Shown: positions 39,396 to 50,376 of the stretch, piece by piece
How positions within the stretch are numbered: the first letter of the stretch is position 1
Layout: every line of letters starts with the position of its first letter
NCBI GenBank assembly: GCA_038496445.1
Contig: JALMLS010000322.1
Coordinates: forward strand, 806,001-870,000
Reading direction: 5' to 3'
Source: Trichosphaerium sp. ATCC 40318
Taxonomy: Eukaryota > Protista > Tubulinea
Length of the DNA: 64,000 bases
Made by a program: the position numbers and the translations under genes
The notes under the pieces: generated by a model
The model's database searches: none
The model's input: only the letters and a program-made list of their open reading frames with translations
What the model was told of the DNA's origin: nothing

Positions 39396-40468
39396 TTACA
39401 AAAAGTTCAAGTCAACACCAACACCACAAACTGTTTTATCACCAGCATATTGCTTGATTGAAGGGCTAGTCCATCCACCGAAAGCTCTGAAGTCTGTGAA
39501 ATCTGGATAACCATCATAGTGAGCATACCTAAAAAAAAGAGTAAGAACAAAAAATCTCGTACTTTAAATAACCAGTGAAGATGTTGACTTGACGTACCAT
39601 AGAGGGAGTTCACCAAATTCAGAGTATCCAGCAGAGAAGATTGATCCCCATTGATATTCGTTTGTGTAGATACCACATGGATGTCCAGAGAGCTTACATT
39701 CAGCTACCAACTCTCTCAAAATATTTTTGTTTTGGGCGTAGCTCTGTGGCCAGTACTATTCAAAAAAACGGTGAGAAAACAATGTTGTAGGTAAAAAAGG
39801 CGAAGATTCCAAAAAAAAAGTAGAGAGTCACAACTTTTTCTCCTGATGGAGTGGGAATGTACACAAAGAGTGCACGATGTGGGTAATCAAGAAAAAACGT
39901 ACTTGTTCGCCTTCGATATCAATCCAGATGGAACCGTACGTAGCATTAAAGTCACGTAGGTACTCTACCATATGTTTCATTTGCATTCCAGGTGTGTATT
40001 CTCCTCCTTTGCATGTTGGACATGGGAACACTTAATAATGCGTATTAGACGTAAAGAACAACGATACGAAAAGTACTCGGCGTTTTTTTAACCTTATTCC
40101 GCGAGACACTTTCTAAAATCGAAAACCGCTTTAAACGCTTGTTTTCTTGCGTGTGCACTACAATAGTACGTACTGTATACATCTACGGTTTCAAAACCTC
40201 CTGCGTAAGCATTATAAATAGTATGTGGTGCATTGCTGTCTGCAGCGCCTACACTCTCCCAAGCCTTAGAAAGGGTAAGATTACGCGATTTTTAGGTATT
40301 GCAACTGTAGGCACGTACACGGACAACAGCAAATGAGTAGCCGCTTTGATTTAGACATTTAAAGTCGTTTGGCAAGATAAGTTGTGAGACATCAACACCC
40401 CTGACGGCAGATGCAGTGCCACAAAAGAATACAACAGCGAGTAGTGCTGTTAAGACGAAGGAGTTCAT
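39396..40468 (-). CDS. Secreted GH25-like amoeba-type lysozyme, multi-exon
   Basis: Signal peptide then GVDVSQ; FPCPTC, IWIDIEG, LPLW|[30 protein letters not shown]. Confidence 0.9.
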
Positions 40469-40745
40469 GTTTCGGAGTCTTTAGATCTTTGGAATTGGAA
40501 AGGGAGAAGAAAAGTAATAAGATTTCTACGACAACATTTTCGCCCAAATCAAAAAAAACACAATCAAGTGTCAAAAAAAAAAAGGTACTACGAACACAAG
40601 GCTTACTTTGGCGATAAAGTGGTATTCCTGAAATGGGAAATAAGGAATTACCAGGAAAATCTGGGGCACTACGTCGCAGTAAATTGCTTTTTAATGTACA
40701 AGAGCTTGAATAAAAAAAAACCTTCCAGAGAATTTTGCTTGATGT

Positions 40746-42031
40746 TCAGTCACTATCGCTATCAGACGAGCTACTATCACTACTATCAACACTGGAACTA
40801 TCTAGTGAACCAGGAGATCTATCAGGACGCATCTAAGGACACCATTTAGGTCGAATACTGAGAAAAAAACTCAAGACTGATTTGGAGATAAAAGTCTGAT
40901 CCGACAACCAGTAGTGAAAGTAGTACCTTTCTTTTTGGAGCTACTGGTCGCTTTGGTTTCTTTGGAGGAAGCTCTGAAGGTGTATTACGAACATCAACTT
41001 CTCCTTGAGTCATATCAAAGAGTTTATTCTATTTTAAACAAAACTCGTTAGAATGTATTGCTATAAGCTTAAAACACGTTTATATCTATTACACGCAACA
41101 CTTTTAATATTTTCTAGCTATTTTAAAAGGTGTAGAACGTCTTTTGCTTGTGGTGTTCGATTTTTTCTGCAAATCAAAAAAAAAATGACAGACGGGTTTT
41201 TTTACCTCCAACACCACAAGACTACCTTGGATTCTATCCAACTAATAAAAATTGTAGTCTTGAAGCATCAGAGACAAGAGAAACGACAAGTTTGAGTAAT
41301 CTCAACTGTAGTCAAAAAAAAAATGTCCTAAGGCGTACTTTCAGTTCTCGCACTGCGTAATCATCCATCTCGGCTTGTTCATTGTTTGATTTTGTAGGAT
41401 AAAAGTCAGGAGTTTCAATTTTTGTTTCTCTTGGTTTCTTCTGGCGTGGTTGTGGCGCAGAAACGTGTGAAGAAGCTTTACGCTTCAAGGCAGCTAAACA
41501 TTTTAGACCGACATTGTGACAGGTGTATGTAAGACAATGAGTTGTTGTAGCAATTTATCTTGGTGTTGAGCCGATTGGCGTACTTTTCGGTTCTTTATGT
41601 GTTAGGTTCACAGCGCTGCATCCTAAACGCTCTAATACAAATCTGTCTCCCTGGTAATGTGTTAGAGGTACAACTGGGACGTGAACGTTACCTCAAATAT
41701 TAAAACACATTCATTGGTCTTCGCCTGGCCCATCTTTCCTTCCAGAACAGAGGTTAGATCTCCCTATGAAAGGTTATTAACGAATCAATCACCGTGATCG
41801 TACTTCAGCGTTGTAATACTCAATATTGATTTTTTGGTCCTTCAACGATAGTTTTCCGGGTACGCTATAGTCAACAGAGCTTTTAACGAAGCTGTCTAAT
41901 CAAAAACGTTACAGTGCGTAATTAATAATGTTTTTAGTACACTGTATGTTATGATATGGCGTATCAGCATCTTCTGTAAAAGAAGAACCTAATACTACAG
42001 GATAATTCTTGTTTGGATCAGGTTTAGCCAT
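40746..42031 (-). CDS. ELL-associated factor (EAF) family transcription elongation factor, multi-exon
   Basis: YPVVLGSSF ... SSVDYSVPG ... ECVLIFE|GDRFVLERL (EAF domain); C-terminal Ser/Asp tract SSSVDSDSSSSDSDSD*. Confidence 0.75.
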
Positions 42032-42317
42032 CTCTAAGCCAAGTCAGACGCCGAACAAGCCTAAACCATCGTATAACGATAAGAGCATTGACTCAGCGAC
42101 ACCAAGCGTCAAACAAAAATCAACAGGTGAAAATGACAGCTAGAGTATTGAAAAATAGCTGGGAGAGCTTCAACTTGTACATGTGGTTTATCTCGAGGGC
42201 ATTGTTTGTTGTAAATCAAGTTTGTTTAACAGTCTGTTATGTACTGACTTAATAGCCTTCGATTCGCTCAACTACACCACTATCACGCCAATTATCTGCT
42301 TTTTGCGCACATTCCAA

Positions 42318-44468
42318 ATGAATACTCTACCAAATGAAGTGCTGGTGTTAATTGCCGAGCAATTGACGTTCAAATCCATGTACAGAGCATGTCGCGTGTC
42401 TGTACTAATGAGAGACGCCGTAACAACGTGTAATAAATTCAAAAACGGCAAACTGTTCTATACTGCTCGGGTACATGTTACATGCATTAAAGTGAAAGCT
42501 AACCAGTACACAGAGAAGAAGAACACGAGTTTTAATGAAAAAGGAGCTCAAAAGAATCTCAAACGACCCTCCAATGGATATAAGCGCTGGTCCAGATAGT
42601 AGTGATAATATGAAGTGGACTGCTACAATAATAGGACCTGTAAAAAAGCGTTACATTTCACTTAAAATCATCGAAATATCTGTATGCCTAACTATCTTAA
42701 CTGCAGGAAGATTCTCCCTACGCAGGCGGAATATTTTTTCTCGATATTAAAGTACCTTATAGTACGGTTTTGTTACATATTCCATAATGTCTGCTTCCTT
42801 GATGCAACTCTGAAAAGTTTTGTTTTTTGCAAGTACTTTCCTCACGTATCCTTAAAGCTCATTTTTTATTTAGACTACCCCTACACCTATTTAAAAATAA
42901 CGTTCAAAACAAAAATTTTTCACCCAAACGCACGTGACAACTATTTATTTCTTTGTCAAATCACAAATGATAATTTAACTCTTTACCTGTAACAAAAAAA
43001 AAAGTTACCTGTAACAAAATTGTCCCATACATATTTCTCAGCGCCCTCTTTTCAACTTTCTCTGATATGAACATAATCCGTCCCAATCATGGTTGTAAGT
43101 GTGAGGCGCACACCATAATGAATTTAGCATTTGCCAACAAAGCTGTCGAATCAATTAACTGATCCCAATTTTTCCATTTTTTTCGCTAAGTGTTTATAAT
43201 TTTAGATTTATATTCCATCTTTTGACCACACACCACTATGTTAAGCTTCTACGTGTTGTAGTGAATGACATGCAATAATAAAATCTATAAATGGAATGTT
43301 TTATAATGGTAATGGAGTTGGGTCACATTGCAAAAATTACTTAGAAATTTTTTCTTGTTTTTTTCAAATTTGTCACATGTGGTATGCTGACTCTTGAATT
43401 TAAATTGTACTAAATTCTATTTCTAGATGGTATATATAGCTCATATACAAGCTTTAAAGTTGAATTTTGAATACGAATTAGCTACCAGCACGTCCAGAAA
43501 ATGTATTTTTGTGATATTTGCATGTTTTTAAAACGCTGTTTTTGTGCTACAATTCAACACGTGTTCAAAATTTCAACTATGAACATTGACCACACACTGT
43601 ATTGTTCGTTCTCAAAAAACTTTTTTGGAGTACAAAGTACAACATTGCTGCCAAAAACTGTGTTTTTTTGTTCGCTCCAAATTTTGTTTCTGTTTGGATA
43701 AAATTATCCAACGTACTACACTTTATCAAGTGTCTAGGTAGTGTGAAGATGTACTGGCCTCGGTATTAGTGGTAAGGGGTACAATTAAACAAATATATAT
43801 CATTAAAACTCGATAAAGAACCAATGACCATGACAAGGCTTGCTATTATCTTTCCAGCGCCTAAAATTCGTGTTATGTTACTTTTAGCGTAGTTTACGCT
43901 TGTGTTAGCTTATTTTAACGGTTTTTTGTAAACCTTGCTGTAAGCGGTATTATACGTTTATTAGGCGCTAAAAAATCAGATGCTGTGCGTATTTACGCTA
44001 GTGTTAAACAGTGTATCAGATTAGGGTTTATTCTGCTTATTTGCACTTTTGCGTGGCTACAATAGGTAATTAACATTGTTTTAAGGTCATTTTAGTGGTC
44101 AATAGTGAGTTTTGTTGAAACATGTTACAGGTAATTTTTTTTTTTGTTACGGATAACGAGTTTAAATACCGAATTAGGTGATTTGTAATGATTCTAGTCA
44201 AAATCAAGGTCTAGTATGTAATTCTGTTTATCATGGACTCAGTACATATTCTATTGATAGATGTTTAATGATGATCAGTGCTCACTTGTCAAAACCTGGA
44301 ACAGGTGCGTTTGTTATTACAGCAAATTTAGGTTTTTTTTTAAACTTTACTTTTGGAATAGATTGCAAGCCATGCTTTAACTCTCATGCGAGTGAATTAC
44401 TAGAAAATAATCTTTCAGAATTTAAAAAAGTAGCTGCTGGGTGGACAAAGAGATATGCGTCATATTAA
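42318..44468 (+). CDS. F-box-ubiquitin-conjugating enzyme (E2/UBC) fusion protein, multi-exon
   Basis: Exon 1 MNTLPNEVLVLIAEQLTFKSMYRACRVS (F-box) splices in phase 0 (42470->42514) to KELKRISNDPPMDISAGP ... W.ATIIGP|EDSPYAGGIFFL ... F.TKIFHPN|VICN ... GLVC ... WTKRYA. Confidence 0.82.
42973..44167. mobile_element. Putative non-autonomous TIR element filling the 1.25-kb intron (42930-44177) of the F-box-E2 gene
   Basis: About 43-bp imperfect inverted repeats containing TTACCTGTAAC-A(10-11)-TTACCTGTAAC-like subrepeats at 42973-43015 and 44124-44167; interior has no credible ORF; no TSD recognised. Confidence 0.65.
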
Positions 44469-45017
44469 TACTTAAGCAAAGTGCCATAGAATGCAGTAGA
44501 TTCATTTTCTCTAAGAATCGCTATATGGAAGCTCAAGGACCACCACTTCCTATGAATATACTAATCACCCAATAACACCTTGTATTGAAAGCTACTATTC
44601 ACAACATAAACGCCATTTCAGACTGTCAGTAAGTAACAAAAATACAAATAAAAAAAAAACAACAAGACAAACTGATCAATTTTCGTCCTTTCTCAACTTT
44701 AAACCTATCACTTCCCACAAAAAACAAAACTTACACATTCACAACACCAATTTCATTAACATAATGTGATCTGGAGGTCAGTCAAAAAACACAGTAGTAG
44801 TTCTAAATTAAGAAGCTGTTTCACAGAACCAAAGGTCTTTTTCTATTCAGCCATGTAGTGCGTTTTCTTCAAAACAGTTACTACGCTAACAAATGTGAGC
44901 GAGTGCACTATGGGGACAACGAATTCATTCTTGACAGAAATGAATTCATGTAGTAATTCGTAGCTGTCACTAATCTTTAAAGTCATACTTTCTCTAACAC
45001 TACCAAATCAACACCAC

Positions 45018-46018
45018 ATGACTACTATAGCTACAATAAGCTCTCTAATACTTTTTTGTGCAGTATTGAGTATAAACGGACGTTGCAGTACGTAATAATT
45101 GTTCCGATACGTCGTTAACACTTTCTCATAGTTGAGTACGGCCCTATCGCCTCGTACGATCCATATTGGACGCTTTCTGATCCTTCTTTTCCTAAATGCG
45201 TTAATAACACCGAACAACTTCTTCAAGAGGGTAAAATGCATGCCTCTCTAACACAGCACATTTACGATATCCCGTTTGATGTATTTACGGACTATTTCGC
45301 CCAACCTCAACTTTGGCCTACGTGGAATATGCTCTTTGATGTGGTAGACTCAACTCCTGAATCGTTTAAAGTTTGCAAGTACGAACAAAGGATTCCGAAA
45401 AAAACCACAAAACAACTTCACAAGAAATCACGTGATCAAAACTAAAAACGTAAAATTGAACTGAAGCAAATCTAAACAAGCTTAATTTGTCTTCAAACTT
45501 TTCTTGTGTGATAGCACTAGCTTCATATAGTGCTTTTTCTCAAATTTATTTGTTACCAAGCCAGACTCTAACTTTTGTTTTTTAGTTCACTACAAGGGAG
45601 CTTCCATATTGTACCTGAAATCAGTACAGATGCAATTCTCGGATACCCTACTATCGTACTCACAGAAAGAACATCAACAAAACTACACTATTCGTGGTCA
45701 TACTCGTTTCAAAATCTGGCTGGAGAAACTCCAATTTTTGGAAGACATGACTATGTCTTAGCACCAAGTGTTTGCAATAAGAACAAGACTTTTTTCTTGT
45801 CTTGGGAAAAAGCATCAGGAACTGCTGTTGAAAATAACATAAAAGAAGAAGAACATACATTGAACGTTGCAACATTAGCTGCCATGGACGGTGCTGATTG
45901 TCTTGCACGTGTATATGAACTGTTCGGTGAATTTGACCCAACTATTGTACAAAAAGAGTGTGGTAATGATCCTCGTGCTTCTTGGAGTGCGCTTATCACT
46001 GGAGGTAAATATATTTAA
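45018..46018 (+). CDS. Secreted SRPBCC/START-fold (polyketide-cyclase-like) protein
   Basis: Signal peptide MTTIATISSLILFCAVLSING; FAQPQLWPTWN and FGRHDYVL ... TFFLSWEKASG match the SRPBCC pattern. Confidence 0.6.
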
Positions 46019-46755
46019 AAACCCCTTGCTAAAGATTTACAAACCGCAAAATGTACACGTGATCTTAAAGAAAGAAACGTGCAATAAAAGTATTACGCCA
46101 AAATAGTTGTACATTTAACTTTAGTTCAGTTCACTCATCATGTTGTTATATTGGCTTGTGAAAGATCTAGTACATTAAACTGTCTAGAAGCTATTTTAGA
46201 AATTACTAATAGTGAACAGATTGACGCTACAATTGAAATCAAAATGAAATCCACTTGAACATCAATAACGACACACCCAGCAATTCCACTAGACGGACAA
46301 CTAGCACATTATTTAGGTTCACATATAGTGGACCCACTGCCGTTGTGAGACAACGAAGAACTTCTCACTTAAGGGCTTGCTCTAACTGCTACATTAAAAA
46401 CCTTGTGCAACCGTACTGGAAGCCTAGTCACTACTGTTTATTGTTTTGGCTGGGGTACATAACGTTCCTATATCTCTTTTTTTCCTGATGAAGCATGTTT
46501 AGCGAAAAAGAAGGTAACAAGTATTTCTGTTACGAATTTTTTTTACCTGTCAAACTCTGATCATGCGATCAAAATTTCGTTCTGCTGATACTCCTATTTT
46601 AACTGTTTCGTCTCAATTACGGCAATACCTCATCAAGCTACAAAAACTATCGTTGTACTACACTCTCACATGATGCAGTATAATCGAAAATCAATGCTAC
46701 CACGACAAGTCCGCAGCAACAGTTTGTATGTCAGTAATCTCAGAAATTGCCACAA

Positions 46756-48786
46756 CTATTTGTGGCTAAACTTTTCATGCTAAGCACATGATATCAAACA
46801 TCACGTCATTACAGTACTTGGTATTACTTTAGTTTATTGATTTGTAATCATAGGCATGAGTCTGTATACGGTAGCAATACCACATAAGGACCACACAAAC
46901 TAGTAAGATATTAGAAAAAAAAAACTACAATAGCAACTTACGTATGATCAGTACAGCTACACCTACACCAACAAAAATGAAAGGGCTAATAAGTTTTTGG
47001 CAAAAGGTGTTATCATGTGATCCATATGCTTGAGCTGCTTGATGTCCATCAGGACAATTTATACAATTGGAAAGCCCTACTTTATCACTATAGGTGTTAC
47101 CTACACTTGCTTCACATGTACCAACCGAAGTACTAATTCATATTACAACAGCAACCTTGAATATTATACATACCCGCCCGTACCAATCACACATGGTTCA
47201 CATTCGAAAGAATTTAAATACTCACCACGTGGACAATATGAGCACAATGTTTGGTTCTCAGGATTTTGATGCTTGTTTTTAGGACAAACAAAACAAACAA
47301 CAGAGCCAAACTTGTAGAATTGTGTTGAACAATTTACTAGGAGAAATCATTAGAGCTTGTGTGCTTGGTGAGGGAAAAAAATACCTTGGCATTCGGCACT
47401 GTTTTGTCTAAGGACTGGTTTGTGTACAGTGTCAGAAAAAAAGATAGCTCCAAAACTACTCCTCACCTAAGAGTGTTAAAAGAACTGCTAAGAGACTCTT
47501 GTTCAAGAAAAAAACTGTACCGGACACCCAAACTGGTTATCAGCTACAAGCACATTTGAAGATTCTGAAACAGGAGTCTGTGTTTCAACAGCAAAATAAG
47601 CGTTTGCTCCATTGAATGTGTTGTTTGTGACTTCGAGTGTGAGTGCAACTGAAGGAGAATAAAAAGAGATACAAACAGGATTGGGCTTGTCTTTTGAATC
47701 AAAGTCACAACCATATACAGCGTTCCTTACAAATTCTATGTTGTTACTCACAACACGTATAGAACGGTCATATAGGCCGGTGAGATCAAACGAGCTATCC
47801 ACAAAGCTTACAAAACTACCTTTAGTTTTTTTAGCTAAAGTGAACAATGAACAGTTTGGCTGACCTCTAAATACATGTTCTGCATATGGTTGGTTTGCAA
47901 AAGAGCAATTATCCAGTTGTATTGCAATGACGGACGAATTGTCAGCAACAATGTTTAAAGAGCGTTGTATATCAGTCCTACATAAGGTTACACTGCCAAT
48001 GTTCTCTGCACTACCCGGTGACAAATTTATTTCTAGTTTAGATGTCAAACACGTGGTATGTTGTATGTAGTATTAACGTACCACGAACAGATGTAAGTAT
48101 TGTATTATCAATTGTTAGATTGATTGTAGAATTATCCTCTTTAAACTTGAAGTACCATTCAGGATCTGTTAGTCCGTCAATAGTAAATCCAAACCCTTTA
48201 TCAAACTCAAACTAATACAGGATTAGAACTGTGACTGATCACGCATGAAAAGCATACCATCACTTTAACTCCGGTTGCTGCCGTCATGTTTTTCCATGGC
48301 TGGTATGATATTACTCTTTTACCATTGGCTGTTTTATACTCAGCGATGCTTTCTGTTTGGCTATACTCACCACCTTTAAACGACAATAAGAACACATAGT
48401 CAATTCTACTAAAAACATATGCTGTCTACGTGCAACATATCAAACTATCTGTATTTGGCATGGGACACATGTACAAACAGTAACACAAAAATAAAGTACA
48501 TACCATCCAGGCATATTGCTCTCTTAACATTTTCAACTGTATTTTCAAGAGCTTGAGATACTGTCCTTAATGTAGAAGTCCTGTTTAAACCAGACTAACA
48601 ATATGTTATTAAAAGCCTACTATAGTACACTCTGTCTTTTGCAGTTGGGCAAAGTGTAATTGGATTTTGTTTAAAGTTTCACTTACACTGCTATCATTAC
48701 CCCAAGGTGCTACAAACACATCGCAAGCTGCTTATGGTATTATTATGACAAATATTGTAATTTTACATACCAATGGCTTGCTTCAT
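46756..48786 (-). CDS. Type I membrane protein: right-handed beta-helix/pectin-lyase-like ectodomain, CxxCPxG repeats, TM helix; 3' end uncertain
   Basis: VFVAPWGNDS ... LRTVSQAL start motif; Asn-rich beta strands (NNTF, NNIEF); CSYCPRG and CINCPDG; TM FIFVGVGVAVLI|xLVCVVLMWY. Confidence 0.6.
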
Positions 48787-49436
48787 TGCACTTGATTGTG
48801 ATACTGTGTTATGTGATTGCGCACCTACTATACATGCTATCGATACTACTACCAGCGTAATCATAAAATAGAAATGTTGCTGCATGACGCTGTATTCCCA
48901 GAAACTAATAAAAGTGCAAAGAACCCACGTAAATTCAACGCAAAATTTGAGAAAGTCGGAAATACTCTTTCACCGCTTTTTTGCTCTTCAATGTTTGGGA
49001 TTTAAATTAAATTTTGTATTGTTGTTGTCTACGCTACAAGTTGGCATCAGGTTTGAGTCAAACGGGTGTTGTTTTCCTTTTTGAAATGTGATTTCTTTGA
49101 ATTACACAAACAAGTCGACCTCCAGTTTTGCTTTCGAAAAGAAACAAATTTCTGGATAACAAATGGGACCCTGCCACTCCGCGCTTCAATATTCTAACTT
49201 CTAAGTCTTGTTACTATACTGTTGGTAAAACAAGTCTTATTGAACTTGCACTTGTCTACCATAATTAACCAATCGCGATGGCAGATGCAAGTTGGTATCA
49301 ATAAATAAATATAGCATACAAGTGCCCACCGATTTAATCAATACAAATATCATAGAAGCTAGAAGCTAGAAGACACTACTGAGTCGTAAACCAAGGCCAT
49401 TTATTCTGTCGTTTTTACTAGTACAACCCAACTGTA

Positions 49437-49748
49437 TTACATTCCGCCTTGAGGTGTAAGCCCAGGATTGCCGCCTCCACCATGCACCCTAAAATACTTT
49501 ACACGCTCTGCTACAGAATTCAAACGACGATAAAGAATCAGTTTGTAGTCTAAGTTGTCTATTTGATCAATTGAGTGTAGGCATTCATATCTAGTCTTAT
49601 AAATATCTCTCCATAGTCTATTACAATCCAAGAAATGCTTCATACAAACATTGGTAGCCACCAATTTGCTTAATATAACCCACGGATGTTCTGGTGCTAA
49701 AAGGATTATATACCGTACTATTTCAAGAGGTAGATCGTTAACTGACAT
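49437..49748 (-). CDS. F-box protein (first exon; further 3' exons possible)
   Basis: MSVNDLPLEIVRYII ... NRLWRDIY ... DYKLILY, typical of an F-box plus the following helix. Confidence 0.65.
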   Translation of the reverse strand: MSVNDLPLEIVRYIILLAPEHPWVILSKLVATNVCMKHFLDCNRLWRDIYKTRYECLHSIDQIDNLDYKLILYRRLNSVAERVKYFRVHGGGGNPGLTPQGGM

Positions 49749-50376
49749 GAAAACACTGTTAAATAAAAAAAACTGTAGTGAGACTTTCTTCAAAATAAGC
49801 CGAATTTTATGAGAAAGAGAAGAGAAGCTGCGTGGACCTATGTATTATTTCCTGTGCTCTATTACCATTACTCAAATTATAGTATAACGTTACAGTACTG
49901 AGTGTGAGGTTACGGACAGGTAACGAACAAACTATAGAAAGCACTTCAAGACATGTACATAGCCTGGCACGGCGAACAATGTTCAAACTTAAATAGCTAA
50001 ATTATGTGCTGTGGTCAATTGTACCTAAATTCCGGAGAGCAAGAAAATGATACATTGGTTCTGTAAGGACTTGTTATAGTTGGACAATAAGTAACGGCGA
50101 CGAAGTTGATAAGGTGTAATTATGGAAAAGTTGCGAAAACGACCCTATGTTCTTTGAGTGCACCCAAAAAAAACGTTTGAATGCAATTAAACTTGTTATT
50201 TGTTTTGAGGTAAATAAACTCTTTTTGGTGTTTGTTTATTTCTTTCTTTTATACAATTACTACAGTTACCACTAATGCACACCACCATGTATTATTTTTT
50301 GTTAACTTTGGCACCGGCTTAAAATCAAGGTCTTGGTTCAAAAATATACTATCCAGGTAGTGGCTTTTTTTTGTTT

